Assembly (NCBI GenBank): GCA_038496445.1
Contig: JALMLS010000310.1
Location: 310,001-374,000 of the forward strand
From: Trichosphaerium sp. ATCC 40318
Lineage: Eukaryota > Protista > Tubulinea
Direction: 5' to 3'
Length of the DNA: 64,000 bases
Part shown: in pieces, positions 47,467 through 59,884 of the stretch
How positions within the stretch are numbered: the first letter of the stretch is position 1
Layout: every line of letters begins with the position of its first letter
Program-made: the position numbers and the translations under genes
The notes under the pieces: generated by a model
Databases searched by the model: none
Told to the model about the DNA's origin: nothing
The model's input: the letters and a program-made list of their open reading frames with translations, nothing else

Positions 47467-49708
47467 TTATTGATGAATTTTCTTTTTATCTTCGTCAAAA
47501 ACATACTTTTTAAACTTTAGATGAAGTTCTTGTCTATTATTTAAAGATCCATCTTTTAAATTACCACTTCGAAAATTAACTTTAACTTTTCCGCTTTTAC
47601 CAAAACCAGACTCTATTGTACCTTCATCTCCTCTATCCGAGAGTATGAGTTTCTTATTAAAGAACGCAGATAGATCTGTGTGCTTTTTGAAAAGGTCCTT
47701 TGCTATGAGAACATTATCATTAACGACTCTGTCTATATGTCCAATCCTTGTCTTCATTTTAAATACTTTTATCGTCTTAACACTCTCTGCTGGTACTATG
47801 GCATCAATTATACCATGAAATGCTATACGACATTTCTTTAGATCTATCAACAAAAGTTAGACAACGCGAAGAATAACCAATACGACACTAGGACCGTAAA
47901 GAGAAGCTGCTAAAAAAAATTGAAAAAAAATCGTACTAATATCAGTGTCAAGTTTAGACGCAATGACGATCGCCTGTGGAGGTGCTGGAATAGGATGTTC
48001 AAATGAAAGTAGAGCCCATGTCTTTGAAACATCTCCACGTGAGCTGATACCCTCCACATACTCATAATCTCGCTCTATATCAAAAACCTTGGTACTGGTG
48101 CCTTTTTCACCATCTTCTTCTTCTTTAAAAAACATCGCAGTGCAAAGCACTGTCGAGTGTCCAATGGTCGCTATACAATACTTAGACGCGTTTAACACAT
48201 GTACTACAACTATATCGTACCATGGAACTTCGTATTAGCCTTGATAGGTCCTTTATAATAGTTGATTACCTTCGGTCTGAAAACGCAATGTTTTATTTCT
48301 GGCACGTAACCAACCTACTCTTTACATTAACTCTGCAACAATAAACTCAGCTAAAAGACACGTACTTCAGCTGCAAAACATCTTTCTATTTGTGAAGCAT
48401 CTAAACCAGTAACCAAACATCCAATACGATCGCCCTAAACACCAACTCAACACGAAGCTTCGATACGTTTCACTTTTTTGTTTCAGTGAAAATAATTTGT
48501 TTTGATTTGAAAGTCATTTCAATTGCATTTTTGACGTCACCTTTGTAGCCTTTTGTACATCTTTTCTAAATATCTGTATAGACTTTATTTTCTTTTGTAT
48601 CTTTGATTTACCAATTTCTACTGTATCTCCTACATTTAATGTTCCTTGCAAAACAGTTCCAGTGAGAACAGATCCTTTTCCTTTTAAAGGAAAACAATGA
48701 TCAACAGCAAACAATAAAGGTTTTTCATATTCCTTGTTATCTATGTCCTTCTGTATACCATCTTTTGCTAGCTCATACAACCCATCTCTAAGATCCTCGA
48801 TACCTTCCCTATAAAAGCAACAGTCAATTCAAAAAAAAAACAAGAAATCAAAGAGAGGAAAAAGTATGTATAGGGCTTTACTCGCATACTACGCGTAGCG
48901 TCTGTTTTTTTTTTGTTGAACTACGCGAGTAAAGTCGCTCATCATACATTTTGATAAGAAGTGTCAAAGTTCCACAAAATTTTTTTGGAAGACTCTTCGT
49001 AACACGTGACAGTGGACTCTCAGGTTTCTTTTGTTTTGCATGATTAAGGTACGTACTCAGATACTGCTGATGTGAAAACGAACTTCAAATTGGATCCAAA
49101 CTTGGTAGTTCCCAAGGCTTTCTTTAAACGACCTTTTACTTTTGCAAAAGCTTTTTCTCTTTGATTTTCAGGTACCAGATCAATTTTGTTTATAACTACC
49201 AGAATATCTCTCACTGCGATCTCAGCAATGACAAGACCTTCAGCAGTCTGCGTTTGGATGCCTTTCTGAATATCTATGACAACCATCGCGTAATCAATGA
49301 TTTGAGCACCTGACACACTTTAATATCTCATTTAATGCGTGCAGCCGCTTGTTTGCGTAGATTGAGCGGGGAAATTAATTGTTACCTCCAATAATCGTTC
49401 TAATGAGGGTGGCGTGGCCTGGGCAATCTACCAACGTGAATGCGACATCGTTGTGTTCAAAACACGAGAAACCAAGGTCTTTTGTTATGCCTGCAACCTA
49501 CAGTTAAACAACACCATATGGGGAGTATTATACCTTGTTCCTGGGCTTGTGGGTCTTTATCGAGTGCAGCTGTACTCAAAATTGACGACAATTTCGCGCA
49601 AAGAGCTGTTTTACCCTTACATTAGGTACTTAGCATACGCACAATCGTCAACTGACGTACTGAATCGACGTGGCCTAAAATGCCTATATTAATCCTCTTA
49701 GCTTTCAT
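47467..49708 (-). CDS. EEFSEC: Selenocysteine-specific elongation factor eEFSec
   Basis: INIGILGHVDS|GKT...STAALDKDPQAQEQ|GITKDLGFS, TLVDCPGHATLIRTIIG|GAQIID, GIQTQTAE, VDHCFPLKGKG, SKLDTDI..CRIAFHG and FGKSGK. Confidence 0.95.
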
Positions 49709-49819
49709 TTATACCGGATTATGATGGTGTAACTCTGTATCAAGCAAGTAAACAGAAATACGACCAGTTTTGACGCACGTTTTTTTCAGTTTTTCGTCGG
49801 CCGTTGCTCTCAAGCAGTG

Positions 49820-52818
49820 ATGTCTCTTCGAGACTCGTTTCAAGAGCAAATAGACATATTTACGTCACTGTATAAGAGTGTGGATACTCCTACAACTGCA
49901 TTTGGAGAGAATGAGCACACTTTTGAACTGGCCACGTTTATTAAGCCTGTATTCTGTACACAGTGCGATAAGTTCGTATGGGGACTAAAGACCCAAGGGT
50001 ATAAATGCATAGGTTGGTTACATACGTAGATTGCGTGTATTAATTCTTTTTTAGCCCCTGGTTGCCATTGGAAGGTGCATAGACACTGTTGGTACGCAAA
50101 TTGTATTGTTGTTATTTTCCAACATAAATTAATCCGTTATCTTTAGCTCTGCGGCTCCTAAAAACTGTATTGGGTTGCCAGGAGGTACTACTACAGCTTT
50201 TTGGCAAATTTTCAGTTGACACCTTTACCTTCCTAAAATCGTCACACTCTATTAGTTGCCAACAACATTGCTAGTGATATTAAAACTCACAACTTTTAAT
50301 AAGGGACTTCACGGCCAAGTAGTGCCAGAATGCCTCGATCCGCATCGTACACGCACAGGCGAGCGCCAGCACCACCAACGAATTCAAATGGGGGTGGACA
50401 AAGACGACAAAGCGTGCATGGTCCTCCACCGCCTATTCCTTCGCGAAAACTACAACCCAAGGACAAAACTGATGAGTTAAGAAACAGTAATTTTGAAATT
50501 CGTAAACCAAGCCCTCGACAGCAACCCAGTCATTCTACAAGGCAACCAATCGCGTACCCACCACCCAACGTATGTCCAATACTGCCGTTAATACATAGTT
50601 TTTGTTTTGGTTTTTGCAGACACGGTTTGATTGCACCGTAAAAGCAACTGCACGTGTTACTCGGCAAAAATGTTAGAAATTAAATTAGCAAAAAAAAAGT
50701 ATAAAAACCTTACCTCCCTTTTCCTTCCAAATGTAGGCACCAGTTTCTAAAACGAGTATTTAGTATGAAAACTCGTACTAATCATTTTTTTTTTTGGGAT
50801 TTTGCAGACAAATTCTCTGAAAAATTTTTATCTTCTGTTCAACCTCTACTATACCTTGTGTAACTCGAAAACCCTCTTAATATAGTACACGCATTTTATT
50901 AATATTCATTATCCTGTTTAGAATCAATACCCACAGTGGTACACGCCTCCAAACACATTCAATCCAGATTCTGAGTTTCCTTTTTTTGATTTACATGAAG
51001 CATCTCCTCCAACTACTCCACGACGTAGAAATGCTCCAGGAGAGTTTTCTAGTGTCATACCGAGACGTCCAATGCATAGTGGCCATATAAGCTCAGGAAT
51101 CGGACATAGGGGACGTTCTTCAAGTTTTGATGGAGGTCAACGAAACCTTGATGATCCTTTACCTACACCACCTACACAGAATCCTTTGGGTGTTTCTATG
51201 CCTATTCCAGTATCAGCAGAGCCTCTAGAAGATAAAATCCTCAAAACTAGTATTTCTGAACCTCCACCATCATGTTTGTGCGTCGCATTGTTTTTTTTTG
51301 TGCATGATATCATTTTTTTTGTTTCTTACAAATTGGTAGATTGTATGAGTTCAAACCTGAAGAATTAACACGTATTTACCCTCATATTGCTCGTGGTACA
51401 TATGGTATGGTATTTAAGGGTACTTCATCTTCTATATCTGGTGTGGTTTGTATAAAAGATATGACACTTGGTGCGTTTGTTTGAGAAAAAAAAAGAAAGA
51501 AAATGAAAACGGAGTTTTAGTGTTTTGTTGCACTCGCTGTCCTATTTGATCTCATTCTTATATTTAATGTTTTATTTTAGGACTTTTACAAGGTCAAACT
51601 TCTCTTGATGAATGGAAGAAAGAAATACAAATGATGACGTAAGTAGTACTACAAGAAACTGTTTACCTTTTTTTTTGTTGATCTTTGTTTTTTAGGCAGA
51701 ACCGTTGTCCTTATGTTGTTGATATATTTGGATGGTGTAAATCAGATGATACTGTTACGATCGTTATGGAGTACATGCCCAAAGGAACAGTGTTTGATCT
51801 TATACACAAGTGCGTTTGAAAGTTAAATTTCTTTGTTCTTTTGAGTTGACGTGTTGTAGGAGCAAAGAACATCTTTCCTTACTTCAGCGCATGCGTATGG
51901 CTCGACACTGCGCTCTTGGTTTAACATATATTCACGCTAAAGGCATAATGCACCGCGACATAAAGTCTATGAACATTTTGGTACTGGTTCTTTAGTATTT
52001 CGAAGAAACAAAGTTGTTGTGACTCAAGTGTAGGTGACAGAAAATTATGCTTGTAAATTGACAGATTTTGGTATCGCGAAGGCGGCTGCCGGAACCTTCC
52101 ATACTGTAGGCAAAGGTAAGAGCTATCTTGTTGGGTGTTTCTATTTCTAATGGTAAAAAAAAGGTACTCCATTTTGGATGGCACCTGAAGTCTATCAAGG
52201 GCGGTATGATTACTCTGCAGATTTATATAGCCTGGGTATTGTATTATTTGAGTTATTTGAGATGAAACTTCCAGCTTGGGATAAGAAAGCAAACAGAATA
52301 GTTTTGCCAGGATCATTTTCCGTACGATTTTGGAGCGTAAGTCGCCAAAACAAAAAACCAAAACAAACTTACCTCATTACAACGATATCACGTGACTTAC
52401 TCTTAAAAATTTTTACCTAACATTATTTTTTATAGTCTGAGCTTATTGTAAAGGAATGTATGCGTCAGGATCCATCAGAGAGGCCAACTGCGTACAAGGT
52501 AATTTATTCTTGTTTTTTTTCTCTTTTCTTTTTTTCTGTATGGCTCAAGTCTTCTGTAGTTTTTTTCAACTCTCTTGTAATTATGTTTTTTAGGTTGTAG
52601 AAACATTAGATAATCTTATACGTTCAACTATAAAAAATATTGTAAAGGTTCTTGATGATGAAGAGCAAAACTTTCTTGTTGATTCAACAAAACAATGGAA
52701 ATTTCGTAAATCAACTGATACACTTGAGAATGCTTTGAGGGATTTATATAATCTTTTACTTTCAAAGGATACAAAGTATGTCGATTATCTTATAAACAAA
52801 GCATTCAAAAATGTTTGA
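49820..52818 (+). CDS. C1-domain + Pro-rich linker + TKL-type protein kinase
   Basis: C1: HTFELATFIKPVFCTQCDKFVWGL..QGYKC. Kinase: ARGTYG, VMEYM, HRDIKSMNIL, DFG, GTPFWMAPE, ADLYSLG and DPSERP. Confidence 0.92.
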
Positions 52819-53254
52819 TAATCAGCGAGATACGCGGCTAGACTTGATCGAAAAAGCGCAAAAAAAAATTCTCAAATTAATAATAACTCTGAAATGTTTC
52901 TAGTGTACCATAGTTTGTAAAAAAAATAAAAAATCTAAGTTCATATGTAAGGTAGCTGTGGGATATAAGTTCGTTGTTATTGAGATGTGCAAAAAATCAA
53001 AAATCAGCACCCTTAGCAACATTTTGGGCAAGTGTCAAAAAAATGAAAAATGTCAAATTTTGCAAGTGTCAGATTTTGATTGCACGCACGTGTTTCTTTG
53101 TGCCGGTACAGAATCTAGGCTGCTTATTTTTGGTTTTACAAAAAATATGTTCAAACAGTGTTTCGTAGCTCGTTGTATGTTTGTTTTTTCTTTCGAAAAA
53201 AAAGCCTTGAAGTCAGAGCTTTTATTTCTTTTCTTTCGTTAAAATGCTACAACT

Positions 53255-56200
53255 ATGACACTAAAGCTTGTTGTTGCGTCAATTTGCTTATTGTGTACGT
53301 TGAGTGTTTATGGTGTAATACCTGGATGGGTTGCGGTATGTAATAATGACATTTTGTTTATTAATTGTTTATATTGTATAGGAAGACCATGGTATTCCTA
53401 TAGACGTACATGTTACGTTGATAGGCACGTTTGCTATTTTCTGCAACGTTGTTTGGTTAACGTCACGTAGATACCGTTAGTAGAACTGATTGGGTAGATA
53501 CTAGCGTATTACGAGACCTTTTAAGTCACTCACTGCCGTATCATTACCCACACTCTATCGAGTCTCAAAAACGCCTCCATATTGGCTACAAGCTCAATTA
53601 TTATGTACTATTGGCAAAACGCAATTGTTAACGCTTTGATTATTTATTTCTTTAAGGTCGCTCATACTTCGGCCGGACACTCTCCTATGATGCTAGAGGA
53701 TATTCTACGCAAATCAAGTCAACCTGATGGAACTGAAGAAGAAGGCGTTGTCAAAGTTAGCACAGAGGCCCTGTGCGACTACTTTTCGCAATTAGTATGT
53801 TCTCGTTACCTTTCTAGAAGTAGTACGGAACAAAAACTAGATCTAACTTCTTTCATCAAGGTGACACCTGTCAACAAGGATTGGTCTGACAGTTTTACAG
53901 TGTTTGTTATAAAGCCACTACCTATTCGCTTTCTGCCAGAGGGATACAAAAACGCACGATACGCATACCAGTACGTTTGATACAAAAAAGCAATGTGTTA
54001 TTTTTTTTGTGGGTGTTTGATTCTTCCACGTGCCACGCGTTTTGGCTTGTGGTTATAATTTCTATTTTAGAGTTCCTGGGGCTAAAGGACTTGGTGCTTC
54101 ATGGGTAGGCTGTAAGAGGTTTATTGTGATTGATGTCATGGCAGGTATGTGTGACTATTCAAAAACGATTTTGTTTTTATTGAGTTTCTTTCAGGTCCTC
54201 TTTTCTATGGGCGTTTTGGAGATGTAGAAGAAGGAAATACAAACCCAGAATCATTTCCACATCTTGAAAGAGATGGGTCAGAAACTGTAAAGCGTGTATG
54301 TATTACTTGCTTCTTTTGTTTTTGGAAGAAAATTGATTGTACGTTTTTTAATGTTTACTCATTAGAAAGTGGCTCTTGAAGGTAGACTCACAGCTAGTAT
54401 CGCTCGTGGTATAAAACATGTATTTTTGGGTGACATTTTATTTGATGAATTGCAACAAACAGACAAGTACGCATGCGGCTTTTAACCAAACATTAGTTTC
54501 TATTAATTTTTTTTTTTGAAAGTTGTTTTAATCCCTTTTACAGGATACTAATGCCAATAATTGTTCTTCGTGACCATACCACATATAACCCATTAGTACC
54601 TGGAACAGATTATAGTATAGACATAAGGCGCATTGAGGTACGTATTGGTCACTGGTGAAAAACCAGTTGACTTAGTGGGTTGTTGACTTAGCTGATTTTT
54701 CTTATTATTAGGATGAAGTATCTGGGATGCTTCTATCTAGTCAAAATTTCGATGTAGTACCTTCATTGAGATATCTTCATACACATATGAATATTTCTAT
54801 ACCATTCTCAACATCAAAAAGAAGCAGGTCAACATTCTCTGTTGATCTCAACACACATCATTTTGATCGTGTTTTGACGCCTTACCTTGATACACAAGAG
54901 TTTATAAAGCAGCTAAGAAAGAACCACATACAAATCATACAAGTACGAGAAACATTCATTTACCACAGTCCTTTTCCTGGGCAACTGGAGACTTCCCAGT
55001 AAACATAAAAAGTGTTTTCATGTGCTTTATTGTTTTGGCTGAGGTTTCCATGTTAAAGTTGTTGGACTGCTTGTTTCAACAAGTCCTTACAATGATTAAT
55101 TCTTATTGGATTGTGTTAATTATAATTGTTAGGAATTAATACCACGTCAGTTATCGAAAATACCTCATAGTAAAGGCTTTTCTCCTAACCGTTCAGGGGT
55201 GCGTTTTTCCGAGTCAGTCGTTTCATTTTTTTCCTTTCATTGTTTGTTGTAATCCGTCGGATTGAACGTTGTGTTATCCTAAAGCTGTATAATGATATAA
55301 AATGATATGTACTAATTGTAATACTAGGGTAATGTTTTAGAATCAAGAGGAACAAGGATACTTCCTATTTATGTTTTCTCTGTTGAAGGATATAGTAACA
55401 ACTTTTTCCTTGATAATTATCAGTCTGTTGTTTCTTATCAAGATGCTGTCATTGTCATACAAGTACGTGCTTAACATATACTCAACTTGGGTCACATAGC
55501 ATCATTATTTATGCTTCTTCTAGCGCCTTGAGTCAGACAAGAGTCCTTTTATGTCTGAGAGTGGTACCATTGAACTTGACATCAAGGACGCCACAGCAAA
55601 TATAATTGCAGGCATTACCATGGCACTAGGTGGTGTTACACCTCCTCAAATTGCTTGGGATGAAGAAGATAATAGATTGGAGAGAGATTATACATGGTAC
55701 AGTAGTTTTTTGGACGAAACCTCCGTTTGTAAAGATGTTCTTAAGTCTGTTAATAGGAGCACCGGACATCATCCTTTTGGACCATTTGCAGCTAAAACAT
55801 CCTCTATATCTCCTATTTTTACGGATGCAGTGATTCGAAACCAAATCTTGAGTAGGCTAAGCTACTGTATTGATACATTACGTTCTGTTTCTGGTACGAT
55901 GCATTAACATTTAAGATTCTTTGAAAGAAATGTTTTTTGTTTTTTTTTTGTTGGTGACATTGATACGCCAAGTGCAACTTTGACGTTCATAAAATGTGTT
56001 TGTGTTGGTTACTTATACCTTTGTTTCTTATAGAGAGTGTTGATAATTTTGCTAAAAAGTACATGTATGATCCTCTTGGCAATCTTTTAAGTGATGATAA
56101 AGTTGATGGTGCTGGGAAGTTACCTTATGAATGGATGTCTGCTTTATATCGTAAATCTCATTCTACAAATGTCAAACAAACTATAGAACTCTTACGACGC

Positions 56201-56790
56201 GCAGAGAATCGTGTTGTGCTTCACTTGAACGTTATTGCTGAGTTAGTGTCCAAGAACAAGTTGCAAGAGGTAAATCCTATTTTAATTTTTTTTATGTTGT
56301 CTTCATCATAGTCTGTCTCTAACATAATATTACAGGCGTACCCATTGTCTAAGACATTCACAACATCTCTTAAAGGGCTTGAAGATTATGTAGCAGCAGA
56401 AATACGGTACATTTTTTGAGTAAGATGAAAAGTTTGCGGGTGTTTGACATTTTTGTTTTTAGTGAAATTGAAGGAGATATGGTTTGTTGTGATTTACAAC
56501 ATGATGTTGTTCATGAAGTTCCTTGGCTTAGATATGGTATAATCGTTACATCTGGTATTATTGCATTCTTTATAGTACTACGGTTTACAACACCAAAGCG
56601 TAGGCCAAGGCCATTGAAGAAGGTAAGCAAGTTTCCTGCTTTTTTTTTGATAATTTGTTCCGACTATTATTGACAACTTGACGACTTTGCTTATTATTTT
56701 ATTTAGGGTTCCCAATCTACTACGTATAGTAGTGTAATGGGTGTATTCAAGAATGTTCGAAAAAGAAATACACAGCACTTTGAGCTGTAA
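53255..56790 (+). CDS. Conserved signal-peptide + C-terminal TM protein of unknown function (resembles a plant/protist uncharacterised family)
   Basis: Signal peptide, WVGCKRFIVIDVMA|GPLFYG, ILPIYVFS, IIAGITMALGGV, GHHPFGPF, D.V.RN and TM GIIVTSGIIAFFIVL. Confidence 0.8.
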
Positions 56791-57020
56791 AAAAAGAAAT
56801 ACTTTTCTCGAATATTTAATAAATCTTGTACAAAAAAAACCATCTCCAAAAAAAAAATTATCTTCACTTCTGGGGTAGATATTGGCGAGTGTCGTTGGTG
56901 AAATTCCATAGAATGACCGTTAAAAATCCTATTACATTTCATGTTTACCGTGCGTGTTCTGTGTCTAAGAGAATGTCGTTGACTTCGTTTTTTGTTCTAC
57001 TTTTCTTGCTCTTTACAACA

Positions 57021-59459
57021 ATGCTAATTACTAAATTATTCACTGTTGTGATCTTCACTGTACTGTTAAATGTCGGTGCAGCTGATCTTCCCAATTTCGT
57101 TATGCTGTATGCCGATGATATGGGCAAGCCAGTTCGTACAATTTTTCGCTTATTTACCTTCAGGTTACGGCGACGTTGGTGTTTTTGGCTCACCTACTAT
57201 CTTAACGCCAAATATTGATCGCATGGCCTACGAGGGACTCAAACTAACCAATTTCTATACAGCATACCCTATTTGCTCTCCTTCACGAGCGTCTCTACTC
57301 ACAGTAAGCGCCGGGAAAATAGTATTTTGTATTTTTTTTCTAATCACGTGCGCTTTCAGGGAAGAGTTCCAATACGTACTGGCGTCTACTCTAACAGTAC
57401 GTCAGCTCTTAGTAGACAGGAGATAAATAAATTACACCTTTCTTATGCTTGTGTAGCGACGTATCCTGAGGATTTGGTGCTCCGTGTATTTTTACCACAA
57501 TCTACAGGAGGCAAGTGAAATTTACTTTGCTTTTTTTTTGGAAAGTTCTGACGTTTTAGCATAAAGGCCTCTCTCAGAAAGAAATTACTATAGCTAAGCT
57601 CCTCAAGACAAAAGGTAACTCTTAAGATTAATAATACATATATCGTGATTTATACTATTCAAAGGATATCAATCAAAGCTTATTGGAAAATGGCACCTTG
57701 GTAAATAATTTGTTTTTTTTGTTCTTCCACGTGTGCCCTATAGATTTCATTAACCAAAACCCTAGGACATTACAACTACTCGCTTCCTACTGAAGTCGGT
57801 GGATTTGACTCATTTTATGGTCTTCCTTACTCACAGGATGAAGGTTGATGAATTTACATTGTCGCAATAGATTGATTTTTTTATATTAGGTTGTCCTCCT
57901 GGATATGGAAACCCTTGTTCCTGGGTACGCGATTAATATTTCCAACGTTTTTATAACTAAACTGGGATCTTGTTTTAGTGGCAAAAGGATGTCTTGCGTG
58001 TACCTGTGCCTTTGTATGAAGATACAAAGATAATACAACAACCAGTAGATCTTGATACATTAATGGACCGCTACAACGATCAAGCTACATCTTTCATCAG
58101 TACGTTATGCTATTACAAATACAAAAAGTGCCATACTAGAATATTCTCGAACTGACAGAGCTATCACTCAACCATGTCTCGAGAGCCTTGATTTTTTGAT
58201 TTCTTTTGACTTATAATTTTTTTACAGAATCTTCTGTTGCTTCAAAGAAACCGTTCTTTTTGTACTATGCTTATGATGAAGTTCACGTGCCACTTTTCGC
58301 ATCAAAGCAATGGAAGAACAAGAGTAAACGCGGACTCTTTGGAGACGCCAGTACACATTATTTGTAAAATGAGTTTTTAGCTTATCGTTACGTAGCCATG
58401 GAGATGGATGCTTCTATTGGAATGATTATGGATTTATTAAAAGACTTAAAAGTAGATGATAACACATTTGTATTTTTCTCATCCGATAATGGACCATGGT
58501 TGGATCAAAAGCAAGATGGCGGTTCTGCCGGACCCTTTAAAGGAGGCAAAGGTGTGTACTTGTCAAATAGCCACCCTCATTGACCTCGAGTTCTTAGGAA
58601 GTACTTATGAAGGAGGTCTCAGAGAACCAGCAATAGCTTGGTACGTTTTCGTCTGTTTTTTACCTTCATCAAAGAGTTAAGTTATCCTTTTGGTGTCTGA
58701 TTTTTCTTTAATTAAGGTGGCCCGGGAAAATAAAACCAATGTCTGTTAGTTCAACTCCAACAACTACAGTACGTATCAAAAAAATGAAAAGCAATATACT
58801 AAGTATTTCGTAGATGGATTTATTGCCTACATGGTAAATCACGTGACCATTGTTCATGTATTATAAACAATGTATTTAAATAATGTTAGGTGTGAGCTTG
58901 CTGGTGTTACACTTCCTACAGATAGAGTCTACGATGGGTACAATTTAAAACGATTTTTCGTTTCATACTAAAAATTTCATAAGACACTCAATCACAACTA
59001 CTCTCTTTGGAACCCAAGAACTACCTTCTAGACCGCTTGTATTTTACAGAGGTGCTTACACGTACAATGTCACGATTTCTAACACCATACAAGGGAAGAA
59101 CGTTTATGCAATCCGTATTGGCTCTTACAAGGTAGGAAAAACTGTTTTTTGTTTAAACTTACTCCGATTTCTTTTAGGCCCATTTTTTCACTCGCTCTGG
59201 GTTTGGTGTTGATGCACCTGTTGCGCATAATCCACCATTATTATACAATCTTGATAATGACCCTGGTGAGGCATATCCTTTGGAAGGAACAGAGTATGAT
59301 GAAATCATTTCAATGATACAGAAAGCGAAAACAGAACATGAAAAAAGTGTAAAGGTTGTTCCGCCAGAACTAGACGCAATGTCAGGAGCTGAAGATGTTG
59401 AACCTTGTTGCTATGGTACTATATTCCCTGCTTGTACTTGCAATGTTCCTCTGTATTAA
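57021..59459 (+). CDS. Arylsulfatase (ARSA/GALNS-like, formylglycine-dependent), about 20 small exons
   Basis: [11 protein letters not shown]|[14 protein letters not shown]|GR (CxPxR), GKWHLG, FSSDNGP, GGK|[11 protein letters not shown] and [10 protein letters not shown]. Confidence 0.96.
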
Positions 59460-59536
59460 GATATAAAGAAACCTATTAGTAAGCGCTCGAACATCTCTTC
59501 AACCTTTTAACTCAAATTCTTATCCAGAAATTAAAA

Positions 59537-59722
59537 CACTGTACCATCTTTTAACATAGTGTCCCCATAAGTGAAAAGAAAGTAGTAGTTATGGGTGTCA
59601 TATATATGACTCTTCAAATAACGTTCGTAACAAAAGTCTTAGTATCGGCAACAAGCCACATAGTAAACCTTTTGCCAATACATAAAGTAGATGGTGACAT
59701 AAAACGAACGGGATGCACAGTG
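59537..59722. mobile_element. Putative non-autonomous element with CAC termini and bipartite TIRs (Transib/RSS-like), 186 bp
   Basis: Left end CACTGTA-16nt-TGTCCCCAT; right end (reverse complement) CACTGTG-16nt-TGTCACCAT. TAAAA flanks both sides, a possible 5-bp TSD. Confidence 0.5.
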
Positions 59723-59884
59723 TAAAAAAACTTTTTGTTTTCATTAGTTCAAGTGATAGTATCATTATGTCTTTTTCAGCTATTTATTACATAGTTTGTT
59801 ACGGTGTTCCATCTTCTTGCAAGGTTACAGGATTCATACTGAATCAGTAACCTGCTAGTTGGCTTTTTTCTTCTTTACTTCTGT

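Noticed and set aside
52930-53120. Intergenic GCAAGTGTCA direct repeats, transposon-like (similar one-sided candidate at 33670-33900)
   Set aside because: No paired termini or TSD could be identified.
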